Shown: positions 51,008-60,177 of the stretch, piece by piece | Position numbering within the stretch: the first letter of the stretch is position 1 | How the letters are laid out: each line of letters opens with the position of its first letter | DNA from: Bacteroidales bacterium | Lineage (GTDB): Bacteria > Bacteroidota > Bacteroidia > Bacteroidales > BM520 | Length of the DNA: 64,000 bases | Direction of reading: 5' to 3' | NCBI GenBank assembly: GCA_050953245.1 | Contig: JBMNMG010000005.1 | Span: 320,575 to 384,574, forward strand | Program-made: the position numbers and the translations under genes | The notes under the pieces: generated by a model | Database searches by the model: none | What the model was told of the DNA's origin: nothing | The model's input: only the letters and a program-made list of their open reading frames with translations

Positions 51008-52336
51008 ATGAATAAAAGTTTATATATAGAAACTTATGGTTGTCAGATGAATTTTTCCGATTCGGAAATTGTAAATTCCATATTACGAGAAAATAATTCC
51101 GAATTGATTGATAATCCGGAAGATGCAGATATAATATTAATTAATACTTGTTCTATCAGAGACAATGCGGAAAAAAGGATCTTTAACAGATTGAGAGAGC
51201 TTAAATATTATAAAAAGAAAAATAAAGATTTAATTATCGGAATCATAGGTTGTATGGCAGGAAGATTACAACATAACTTACTGTCAGATGATTCTATAGT
51301 TGATGTAGTAGTAGGTCCTGATAGTTATAGAGAATTACCAATTTTAATATCGAATGCATTAAAAGGAAAAGCACAAGTTAATACTGTTTTATCGGAAACG
51401 GAAACTTATGACGATATAATTCCTTTGAGAATAAACTCTAATGGAGTTTCCGCATTTGTTTCTATAATGAGAGGTTGCGAAAATTATTGTGCCTACTGTG
51501 TAGTCCCTTATACACGAGGGAGAGAAAGAAGCAGAAGTGCAAACAGTATTGTTGACGAAATTAAATCATTATTGAAAAATGGATATAAAGAAGTAACATT
51601 ATTAGGACAAAATGTGAATTCTTATTTGTGGACAAATAGTGATGGAGAACAAATTAACTTTAGTAAATTAATTTCTATAATTGCAGAATTAGATGAAAAT
51701 TTGAGAATAAGATTTGCTACTTCCCATCCAAAAGACTTATCTGATGAACTAATTCTGACTATTGCGAAATACAAGAATATATGTAAGCATATTCATTTAC
51801 CGCTTCAATCCGGTAGTACAAAAGTGCTTAAAAAAATGAACAGAAAGTATACTCAGGAGTGGTATTTAGAAAGAATTAATTCAATAAAGCGATATATTCC
51901 TGATTGTTCTATTACTACAGATTTAATAGCCGGTTTTTGTGACGAAACAGAAGAAGATCATAACCAAACATTAGAAGTTATGAAATTAGTAGGATACGAT
52001 TATGCTTATATGTTTAAGTATTCTGAACGTCCAAATACCTTAGCACAGCGTAAATATGAAAATAATGTTCCGGAAGAAGAGAAAAACCGAAGACTTCAAG
52101 AAATTATAGATTTACAACAAGAATTATCTTTACAAAGTAATAAAAAGGATATTGATAAAGTTTTTGAAGTTTTAGTTGAAGGAGTATCTAAAAGATCTGA
52201 TAAGGAAATTTTTGGAAGAAATTCTCAAAATAAAGTTATTATTTTTGAAAGGAAAAATGAAAAACCTGGTGATTATGTTCGGGTAAAGGTAACTGAATGT
52301 ACAGCAGCAACCTTAAAAGGTGAAAGAATAGATTAA
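51008..52336 (+). CDS. miaB: tRNA (i6A37) methylthiotransferase MiaB
   Basis: YIETYGCQMNFSDSE, radical-SAM CENYCAYCVVP and a C-terminal TRAM domain. Start set at MNKSLYI. Confidence 0.92.
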   Translation: MNKSLYIETYGCQMNFSDSEIVNSILRENNSELIDNPEDADIILINTCSIRDNAEKRIFNRLRELKYYKKKNKDLIIGIIGCMAGRLQHNLLSDDSIVDVVVGPDSYRELPILISNALKGKAQVNTVLSETETYDDIIPLRINSNGVSAFVSIMRGCENYCAYCVVPYTRGRERSRSANSIVDEIKSLLKNGYKEVTLLGQNVNSYLWTNSDGEQINFSKLISIIAELDENLRIRFATSHPKDLSDELILTIAKYKNICKHIHLPLQSGSTKVLKKMNRKYTQEWYLERINSIKRYIPDCSITTDLIAGFCDETEEDHNQTLEVMKLVGYDYAYMFKYSERPNTLAQRKYENNVPEEEKNRRLQEIIDLQQELSLQSNKKDIDKVFEVLVEGVSKRSDKEIFGRNSQNKVIIFERKNEKPGDYVRVKVTECTAATLKGERID

Positions 52337-52393
52337 TATTATTTAGTTTCATTTTTTGTTTCAGAAATAGTCAATTAATTCTATAAAAATTAG

Positions 52394-52401
52394 TATCTTT
52401 G
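52394..52401 (+). promoter_or_regulatory. -7 box TATCTTTG upstream of kamD
   Basis: TAnnTTTG match 27 nt before the ATG at 52428. Confidence 0.45.
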
Positions 52402-52427
52402 TAATCTATTAAAATCAAGATAAATAT

Positions 52428-53981
52428 ATGCGCAAAAGTAAATTAGGCATAGACTTTAAAAGAGTTGATTATGCTAAAAGTTTAGCAGAATCTATTGCAT
52501 TAGAAGTACAAGGATTTGTTGATAACTATACAACAGTTGCTGTAGAGCGTACTATATGCAGATTGTTAGGCATAGACGATGTAGATGAACACGGAGTTCC
52601 ATTGCCTAATAAAGTAGTAGATTCACTTGCAAATGCAAAAGTGTTAGGGGAGGGTGTTATTTATTTTTTAGGAAATGCTATCATAGAAACTAAATTATCT
52701 CCTCAAGAAATTGCTGAAAAAGTTTCCAATGAAGAATTAAATTTAACTCAAATAAAAGCTCATTCGGAAAAAGAAATTTTAGATGCAGTTCAACCTTACA
52801 TAGATAAAAGTATAAATAGAATAAAAGAACGAAAAAATCGTAGAGAAAAATATTTGGATACTATAGGTTCCGGTCCGCAACCTTATTTATATGTTATTGT
52901 TGCAACAGGAAATATTTACGAAGACGTAGTTCAAGCTCAAGCAGCGGCTCGTCAGGGAGCTGATATTATTGCCGTTATTAGAACTACAGGTCAAAGTTTA
53001 TTGGATTATGTTCCTTATGGAGCAACAACAGAAGGTTTTGGAGGAACATTTGCAACACAAGAAAACTTTAGAATAATGCGTAAAGCATTAGACGAAGTAG
53101 GTGAAGAAGTCGGAAGATATATCAGATTATGTAATTACTGCTCAGGTTTATGTATGCCTGAAATTGCAGCAATGGGTGCCTTAGAAGGGTTAGATGTTAT
53201 GCTTAACGATGCATTATACGGTATTTTGTTCCGAGATATCAATATGCAACGTACTTTAGTAGATCAATTTTTTTCCAGAGTAATTAATGGTTTTGCCGGT
53301 GTTATTATTAATACGGGAGAAGATAATTACTTAACTACGGCTGATGCCTACGAAGAAGCATATACTGTTTTATCTTCAGATTTAATTAATGAACAATTAG
53401 CATTGATGGCCGGTTTACCGGAAGAGCAAATGGGGTTGGGACATGCCTTTGAGATGGATCCAATGTTGAAAAACGGATTCTTATATGAGTTGTCACAAGC
53501 ACAAATGACCCGCGAGATATTCCCTAAAGCAACTTTAAAATATATGCCTCCAACTAAATTTATGACAGGTAATATTTTTAGAGGTCACGTACAAGATGCT
53601 TTATTTAATATTATTTCGATTTGGACAAAACAAGGAATACAGCTTCTTGGAATGATGACCGAAGCTATTCATACTCCTTTTATGAGTGATAGGTTTTTAG
53701 CTATAGAAAATGCAAAGTACATATTTAATAATTTTCATGACATTGGGGATGAGGTAGAATATAAAGAGGGTGGAATTATTAGAGAAAGAGCTCAATTAGT
53801 TTTAGAAAAATCTATTATGCTTTTGGAAGATATAAATCAAGAAGGTTTATTTACTGCTATTGAAAAAGGAATGTTTGCAGATATCAAACGACCTAAAAAT
53901 GGTGGGAAAGGTTTGGCAGGTGTATCTGAAAAAGGTGCAAATTATTTAAATCCATTTATTAACATAATGAAAAACAGATAA
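52428..53981 (+). CDS. kamD: D-lysine 5,6-aminomutase alpha subunit
   Basis: The N-terminal ...TTVAVERTICRLLGIDDVD... and overall 517-aa layout match KamD. Followed by the B12-binding beta subunit. Confidence 0.87.
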   Translation: MRKSKLGIDFKRVDYAKSLAESIALEVQGFVDNYTTVAVERTICRLLGIDDVDEHGVPLPNKVVDSLANAKVLGEGVIYFLGNAIIETKLSPQEIAEKVSNEELNLTQIKAHSEKEILDAVQPYIDKSINRIKERKNRREKYLDTIGSGPQPYLYVIVATGNIYEDVVQAQAAARQGADIIAVIRTTGQSLLDYVPYGATTEGFGGTFATQENFRIMRKALDEVGEEVGRYIRLCNYCSGLCMPEIAAMGALEGLDVMLNDALYGILFRDINMQRTLVDQFFSRVINGFAGVIINTGEDNYLTTADAYEEAYTVLSSDLINEQLALMAGLPEEQMGLGHAFEMDPMLKNGFLYELSQAQMTREIFPKATLKYMPPTKFMTGNIFRGHVQDALFNIISIWTKQGIQLLGMMTEAIHTPFMSDRFLAIENAKYIFNNFHDIGDEVEYKEGGIIRERAQLVLEKSIMLLEDINQEGLFTAIEKGMFADIKRPKNGGKGLAGVSEKGANYLNPFINIMKNR

Positions 53982-53982
53982 T

Positions 53983-54771
53983 ATGAGTGGCGGATTATAT
54001 TCAATGGAAGCTAAGGAATTTAGCAAAACCTTAGATCTTAAAAAAGTAAAGCCATACGGTGATACAATGAATGATGGAAAAACTCAAGTTAGTTTTACGC
54101 TTCCTTTACCTGCAGGTAACGAGGCTATAGAAGCTGCAAAACAACTTATGTTAAAGATGGGGTTTGAAAATCCGTTAGTAGTTTTTTCTCAAGAATTGAC
54201 ACCAGGTTATACTTTTTTTAATTGTTACGGAAGTTGTACTCATACAGTAGATTATACATCTATCCATGTACCTAAAGTTGAGTCAACTACTTGGAGTATG
54301 GAAGAAACTGACGAATTTATTAAAACTCATATAGGTCGTCCTATTAGAGTTTTAGGTGCAAGTACTGGTACGGATGCCCATACTGTTGGCATAGATGCTA
54401 TTATGAATATGAAAGGCTATGCCGGGCATTACGGTTTGGAAAGATATGAAATGTTTGAAGCATTAAATCTGGGAAGCCAAGTCTTAAACGAAGATTTTAT
54501 AGCAAAAGCTATTGAATATAAGGCAGATGCATTGTTAGTTTCGCAAACAGTTACACAAAAAGATGTTCATATTAAAAATATGTTAGAATTAGTGGAAATG
54601 TTGGAAGCTGAGGGGTTAAGAGATAAAATAATACTAATTTGCGGTGGTCCGAGAATTACACACGAATTAGCAAAAGAATTAGGTTATGATGCAGGCTTTG
54701 GTATGAATACATATGCAGATGATGTAGGTTCTTACATAGCTCAAGAATTAGACAGAAAATTAAATAAATAA
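53983..54771 (+). CDS. kamE: D-lysine 5,6-aminomutase beta subunit (B12-binding)
   Basis: DAHTVG (DxHxxG cobalamin-binding motif) and a Rossmann-like C-terminal half. Start lies 2 nt after the kamD stop. Confidence 0.87.
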   Translation: MSGGLYSMEAKEFSKTLDLKKVKPYGDTMNDGKTQVSFTLPLPAGNEAIEAAKQLMLKMGFENPLVVFSQELTPGYTFFNCYGSCTHTVDYTSIHVPKVESTTWSMEETDEFIKTHIGRPIRVLGASTGTDAHTVGIDAIMNMKGYAGHYGLERYEMFEALNLGSQVLNEDFIAKAIEYKADALLVSQTVTQKDVHIKNMLELVEMLEAEGLRDKIILICGGPRITHELAKELGYDAGFGMNTYADDVGSYIAQELDRKLNK

Positions 54772-54779
54772 TATATATT

Positions 54780-55448
54780 ATGATGGATAAATATCAAGTA
54801 AGAGAGACTATTGCTAAAAGAGCAGCTCTTGAATTAAAAGATGGTGATGTTGTTAATTTAGGAATTGGTTTACCAACCATGATACCTAACTATTTACCTG
54901 AAGGTGTAGAAGTTGTTTTACAAACAGAGAATGGTGCTATTGGAATGGGTGAAACACCTGAAGAGGGTAAAGAAGATAAAGATTTAATCAATGCCGGTGG
55001 AGGATATATTACTTTAAACGAAGGTGCCTCAACTTTTGATAGTGCTACATCTTTTGGAATAATTAGAGGTGGTCATGTAGATATTACATTTTTAGGTGCT
55101 TTTCAAGTTGACGAAAAAGGTAATTTAGCAAATTGGATTATACCGGGTAAATTAACTCCTGGAATGGGTGGTGCTATGGATTTAATTATTGGTACTAAAA
55201 AAGTAGTATTAGCAATGAGCCATACACAAAAAGGTAAACCAAAAATTTTAAAAGAATGTACATTACCTTTAACAGCTGCAGGACAAGTAAACTTAATTAT
55301 TACAGAAATGGGAGTAATAGAAGTTACACCTAAAGGCTTAGTTTTAACTGAAATTAATGATAAAGAATTTACAGTAGAAGATGTAAAAGCTGCTACCGAA
55401 GCTGATTTAATTATTTCAGAAAATTTAATATCCATGAGAACAGCTTAA
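54780..55448 (+). CDS. 3-oxoacid (acetoacetate) CoA-transferase subunit B
   Basis: IAKRAALELKDGDVVNLGIGLPT...QTENG (catalytic Glu region) and GMGGAMDL. 222 aa. Confidence 0.85.
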   Translation: MMDKYQVRETIAKRAALELKDGDVVNLGIGLPTMIPNYLPEGVEVVLQTENGAIGMGETPEEGKEDKDLINAGGGYITLNEGASTFDSATSFGIIRGGHVDITFLGAFQVDEKGNLANWIIPGKLTPGMGGAMDLIIGTKKVVLAMSHTQKGKPKILKECTLPLTAAGQVNLIITEMGVIEVTPKGLVLTEINDKEFTVEDVKAATEADLIISENLISMRTA

Positions 55449-55497
55449 ACATATATGTTATTTATATATGTTTTTAACATAAATTGTAAAAAAATAT

Positions 55498-55505
55498 TAT
55501 CTTTG
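55498..55505 (+). promoter_or_regulatory. -7 box TATCTTTG
   Basis: TAnnTTTG match 66 nt upstream of the ATG at 55571. Confidence 0.4.
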
Positions 55506-55570
55506 TAGTACACTTTAATACACATTCTACCTTACTACATTAGTATTAATTTTTTTTCAATTTATATCTT

Positions 55571-56107
55571 ATGTGTAAATTTACTAATGAGGAAGTTATT
55601 AATGCTTTAAGGAAATCTGATACTACGATAATCCAATCATATTTTTACAAAAAATGTTATCCTTCTGTAGAATATCATGTTCTATCTAATAACGGAACAA
55701 AGAATGATGCTAAAGACATATTTCAGGATGCATTGCTTAATTTAATAAATATTGTAGAAAATAAAAAGGATTATCATTTTAATTGTACAGTTAAAACATT
55801 GTTTGTTGCAATAGCAAGAAATTTGTGGTTAAGGCGTATAAACAGCGATAAGAAAGTTTATAAAGATTGTAATGTAAAAATTGAAAATTTGTTATTTTGG
55901 GCTTATGAACCTGAGATAAATTATTTAGATAAAGACAAATTTCTTATTGATGAATTTTCGGGGGTAAGCGAAAAAGTTATTTTTGATATTGCAAAGCAAA
56001 TTAGTGATGATTGTTACAGTATATTAGTTTCAACAGATTCAATTAATAGAAAAAAGAAGTATCAGTATAAACAAAAAATTAGAAAAATTCTTAAAAAACA
56101 TATATAA
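55571..56107 (+). CDS. sigma-70 region-2-like protein (atypical ECF-like sigma factor?)
   Basis: DAKDIFQDALLNL and TLFVAIARNLWLRRIN resemble sigma region 2.1-2.4. No convincing region-4 HTH seen by eye. Confidence 0.4.
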   Translation: MCKFTNEEVINALRKSDTTIIQSYFYKKCYPSVEYHVLSNNGTKNDAKDIFQDALLNLINIVENKKDYHFNCTVKTLFVAIARNLWLRRINSDKKVYKDCNVKIENLLFWAYEPEINYLDKDKFLIDEFSGVSEKVIFDIAKQISDDCYSILVSTDSINRKKKYQYKQKIRKILKKHI

Positions 56108-56111
56108 AATG

Positions 56112-56135
56112 AGGCAACGTAAGTTGCCTTTTTTT
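56112..56135 (+). terminator. intrinsic terminator
   Basis: AGGCAAC-GTAA-GTTGCCT followed by TTTTTT, 5 nt after the stop. Confidence 0.8.
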
Positions 56136-56200
56136 ATATACTGTAAATGATGTCAATTTAAAATAATACTAAGCTTAACATTAAAATTAAAAAAATCATT

Positions 56201-56208
56201 TAAATTTG
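56201..56208 (+). promoter_or_regulatory. -7 box TAAATTTG
   Basis: TAnnTTTG match 33 nt before the ATG at 56241. Confidence 0.45.
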
Positions 56209-56240
56209 CATAGTTAATAGTTTACAAAAACATATATAAT

Positions 56241-58703
56241 ATGAACATTAAAAAGAAGTTTTTATCGGAATTAGTTCCAATATTAGTTGCATTAGTTTGT
56301 TTTGTAGCAATAGTATTGATTTATTGTTCACCTGTTTTTAGCGGAAAAGTTATTAATCAACCGGATATGCTCAACTTCAAGGGCATGAGTAAAGAAGTCT
56401 TTGATTTTAGAGAACAAACAGGTGAAGAACCTTATTGGACAAACTCTATGTTTTCCGGTATGCCGGCCTACCAAATCTCTGCTTTAGCACCATCAGCTCA
56501 TTTATTAGATTTTCCATCTAATTTATTTCATTTGTTTCTAAGTGGTGTTATAGCAAGTTTATTAGGTTACTTTATTGGATTTTATATCTTGATGAGGTCT
56601 TTTGGTATAAATAAATGGCTATCTATTATAGGATCTATTGCAATTTCATTTTCATCATACTTCTTTATTATATTGGCAGCCGGTCATAACTCTAAAGCAT
56701 TAACAATAGGGTATTTTGCACCGGTAATAGGAGGCTTCTTTTTAATTTTCAGACAGAAGAAATATTTATGGGGAATTCCCTTAGTTTTAATATGCACAGC
56801 TATAGGAGCGCTACTTCATCCTCAAATGACGTATTATTTTTGTATGATGTTGGGAGTGTTTTTTCTTGTAGAATTAGTTGAGCATATAAGAACTAAAAAA
56901 ATTAAAGATTTTTTATTTGCAACTTTAATATTTGCCGGGTCATTTGCTATAGGAATTGGAACAGGATACGGTAAATATAAAGTGAATCAAGAATACTTAA
57001 CCGAGACCATGAGGGGTGGGCACTCTGAAATAGTTAAAGAAGACGAATTAAAAGATAATACGTCGGGGCTAAGTTTAGAGTATGCTACTCAATGGAGTTA
57101 CGGGAAGTTAGAAACTTTTACATTGATGATTCCAAACTTTAAAGGAGGATCGTCTCATTATTCCGTTTCAACAAAATCAGATATCTATAAAGAGTTAATT
57201 AATAAAGGAATGCCTGTAACATCTGCAGAACAGTTTTGCAGTTCGTTGCCAATGTATTGGGGAACACAGCCTTTTACATCGGGTCCTGTGTACGTAGGTG
57301 CCATTATTTGCTTTTTATTTGTATTGGGATTATTTATAGTGAAAGGTCCTTATAAGTGGGCATTACTGATATCTACATTGTTTTCGATATTATTAGCATG
57401 GGGCAGTAATTTTATGGGTTTTACTAAGCTTTTCTTTAATTATTTCCCAATGTATGATAAGTTTAGAGCTGTTTCATCAATTTTAGTAGTGGCTGAAGTA
57501 GCAATTCCGTTATTAGGCTTTTTAGCTCTTAAAACAATAATGGAAAACAAGATAGAAAAAGAAGTCCTTCAAAAAAAGATATTGATATCAGGAGGTATAA
57601 CAGCAGGTATCTGTCTATTTTTTGCAATATTTGGTAAAGCCTTATTCTCATTCACTTCACCGCAAGATGCTATGATATTTGCACAGCTACCGGATTGGCT
57701 AACAGCTTCAATAGTTTCGGAACGTGCATCTATGTTAGTTACTGATGCATTTAGATCAGCACTATTTATTATTTTAGGAGTAGCAGTAATGTGGCTATAT
57801 GTTAAAGGCAAAATAAAATTTGTTTATTTTACTATCTTACTTGGAGCTTTAATATTAGTAGATATGTGGGGTGTAAATAAACGATTCTTTAACAATGATA
57901 ATTTTGTAACTCAAAAAGAATACGATAGTTACTTTGCAAAACTTCCATACGAAGAACAAATCTTAGCAGACCCGGATTTGTATTTTAGAGTTTTCAATTT
58001 AACCACCAGTGCATTTAATGACTCTCGTACTTCATATTACTTAAACTCGATAGGCGGGTATCACGGAGCAAAATTACGCAGATATCAAGATTTAATAGAT
58101 CAACATTTATCTAAAGGCAATATGAATGTCTTAAATATGCTAAATACTAAATATTTTATTACCAAGGGAAATAATAATATCCCGGTTCATCAATTGAATA
58201 TTAGTGCATTAGGTAATAGTTGGTTTATAGATTCGTTATTAGTAGTTAATACCCCCAAAGAAGAGTTGGATGCGTTAAATACAATAAATCCATCTAATAC
58301 TGCAGTAACAGATAAGGTGTTTAAAGATTTTACAACAAACTTTAATGCTACTACCGATTCAACGGCATCAATTATACTGACTAGTTATGCACCAAATAAA
58401 TTAGAATATGTTTCTAATAGTAATTTAGATAAAACTGCCGTATTTTCGGATATTTATTATCCGTACGGATGGCAAGCATATATAGATGATAATCCTGTAG
58501 ATCACTTTAGAGTAAATTATGTTTTAAGGGCATTAAATATCCCTGCGGGAAATCATAAAATAGTCTTTAAATTTCATCCTACTACATTGTTTAAAGCAGA
58601 TAAAGTATCTTATGTGTTAATTATCTTAATGTATGTTATTACTGTGGGTTGTATTGCTATAGGAATTACTAAATCAGTAAATAAGAACAAAAAAACTGTA
58701 TGA
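56241..58703 (+). CDS. YfhO-family polytopic membrane protein (putative glycosyltransferase)
   Basis: 820 aa, many N-terminal TM segments, large C-terminal extracytoplasmic part and a terminal TM, as in the Bacteroidota YfhO family. Confidence 0.75.
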   Translation: MNIKKKFLSELVPILVALVCFVAIVLIYCSPVFSGKVINQPDMLNFKGMSKEVFDFREQTGEEPYWTNSMFSGMPAYQISALAPSAHLLDFPSNLFHLFLSGVIASLLGYFIGFYILMRSFGINKWLSIIGSIAISFSSYFFIILAAGHNSKALTIGYFAPVIGGFFLIFRQKKYLWGIPLVLICTAIGALLHPQMTYYFCMMLGVFFLVELVEHIRTKKIKDFLFATLIFAGSFAIGIGTGYGKYKVNQEYLTETMRGGHSEIVKEDELKDNTSGLSLEYATQWSYGKLETFTLMIPNFKGGSSHYSVSTKSDIYKELINKGMPVTSAEQFCSSLPMYWGTQPFTSGPVYVGAIICFLFVLGLFIVKGPYKWALLISTLFSILLAWGSNFMGFTKLFFNYFPMYDKFRAVSSILVVAEVAIPLLGFLALKTIMENKIEKEVLQKKILISGGITAGICLFFAIFGKALFSFTSPQDAMIFAQLPDWLTASIVSERASMLVTDAFRSALFIILGVAVMWLYVKGKIKFVYFTILLGALILVDMWGVNKRFFNNDNFVTQKEYDSYFAKLPYEEQILADPDLYFRVFNLTTSAFNDSRTSYYLNSIGGYHGAKLRRYQDLIDQHLSKGNMNVLNMLNTKYFITKGNNNIPVHQLNISALGNSWFIDSLLVVNTPKEELDALNTINPSNTAVTDKVFKDFTTNFNATTDSTASIILTSYAPNKLEYVSNSNLDKTAVFSDIYYPYGWQAYIDDNPVDHFRVNYVLRALNIPAGNHKIVFKFHPTTLFKADKVSYVLIILMYVITVGCIAIGITKSVNKNKKTV

Positions 58704-58891
58704 AAAACAAGTTTGCATTAATAACGGTATTCCTTTTTATGATGGGTCCATGCATGCAAAAAAACCTATTCCGTATAACCCTATAGAGTTGGAGTAAGTC
58801 ATGAGTACTTATCTTACTGCTGAATAAATTCAATTTGCATTTTTTTAATAAAAAAGTAGCAAAAACACTTGACAAGTGAAAAAATAATTTT

Positions 58892-58899
58892 TACCTTTG
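58892..58899 (+). promoter_or_regulatory. orphan -7 box TACCTTTG with no annotated gene downstream
   Basis: TAnnTTTG match. The next long ORF starts 455 nt downstream, and a 13-bp inverted repeat begins 16 nt after the box. Confidence 0.3.
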
Positions 58900-59353
58900 T
58901 ATGGTCAAATCTTTTTGAAAGGACATGGTCATGAAGTACAATCTGTCGATAGAAAAACTGCCAATATCGTTCATTGAAAAAGTGATACAAAGGGGAGTTT
59001 CGTTTGTCCTGAATAAAAAAACATGTCCTTTCAACTTTCTAAATTGCTTATTATTAATAGTTTAATAGCAACCTCTTTGTATGAGGGCAAGACGTGTACT
59101 TTGCCTTGTACTGGAAATGGATGCTATATCCGTAAGCAGTCTTTCATTTGGATTTTGGACAAGAACAGGTTTACTTAGTTTGTGGCCTCGCAATAAACGT
59201 GTGTCTGCCGTTTGTGAGACCAAGTTAAACATGAGGCGACGGGGAAACACCGCCACAGCAAGTCGTTTTGACTGAAGGCTTGAGAAAAGACATAAAATAG
59301 TCATAAAATACAAAAAATTCAAATGTAATAAAAACTAATTAAAATATAATAAA

Positions 59354-60073
59354 ATGAAAAAATACATAACTATAATGATAGCCATTTTGGGTATTGCAGT
59401 GTTTATAGTGACATTCATTGCCTGCACTAAGGAAAAAGAACAAATTAATATTCAATCTTTAAATGAGGTGGATGGCAGAAAGCCCATCGCAACATTCGAT
59501 AATGCAACAGGAGTGATAACTTATTCTTTCGATTTATCTGAGGTTCAACAAAAAATTAGCAGTGACCTTGCATTAAGAAGCGACCAAGACAGATTTATTA
59601 TTGAATCCATCATTATTGAGGATAGCGTTCCCTCTGATATACGGGTCCTTCCTGAAATTCGAATCACAGTATTAGACACTGAAGAGGAAGTATCATATAC
59701 CATGTGGTACATGCGTAAATTTGCCAACAAGGAGGTGAACAAAGACGGAACCAATTACTACGTAGACTCAGAGGTACGTACAGGTATATATGAATTTGCC
59801 TATCATATTGGTGACACCTACTACAAAGCTAATGTGAACGGCAATGAGATCACTACGACAGAGATTGACTCCACTTTGTGTAAGGATATGATAAGATGGT
59901 TCTTTGTATGTTTACAAAAAGGTTGCGAAGTCTCTTGCACAAAAGGAGGCTCATTTTGGCATGGGTACTGTAATCCATGTCCCACACCACCGGGACAATG
60001 CAGTCAAGAAATTGCGCCATGGGTTACTCCTACGATTTCTTTTTTGGGTGCTCTAATAATTGCCCTGCTTTAA
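59354..60073 (+). CDS. putative lipoprotein with Cys-rich C-terminal region and terminal hydrophobic tail
   Basis: Lipobox-like ...VTFIAC. Seven Cys lie in the last ~60 aa, ending in ISFLGALIIALL. Confidence 0.55.
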   Translation: MKKYITIMIAILGIAVFIVTFIACTKEKEQINIQSLNEVDGRKPIATFDNATGVITYSFDLSEVQQKISSDLALRSDQDRFIIESIIIEDSVPSDIRVLPEIRITVLDTEEEVSYTMWYMRKFANKEVNKDGTNYYVDSEVRTGIYEFAYHIGDTYYKANVNGNEITTTEIDSTLCKDMIRWFFVCLQKGCEVSCTKGGSFWHGYCNPCPTPPGQCSQEIAPWVTPTISFLGALIIALL

Positions 60074-60177
60074 CTTATCTTTAGTCACAACAGTATGTCA
60101 AAATAGGAAATGTTTTTCCAAAAGGACTTCAAATGGAAGACAACTTTTGACATACTGTAGTTTTTATACAATTTATC

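Noticed and set aside
52337-52427. Cobalamin riboswitch upstream of the B12-dependent kamDE genes
   Set aside because: The gap is only 91 nt, and most of it is taken up by the promoter box and leader. No B12-box-like sequence is visible.
59062-59322. 86-aa (-) and 64-aa (+) ORFs overlapping each other in the GC-rich block
   Set aside because: They are mutually antisense and Arg/Leu/Ser-rich, as expected from GC-rich non-coding sequence in an AT-rich genome. There is no start context or motif. The region is treated as a candidate RNA or gene remnant instead.
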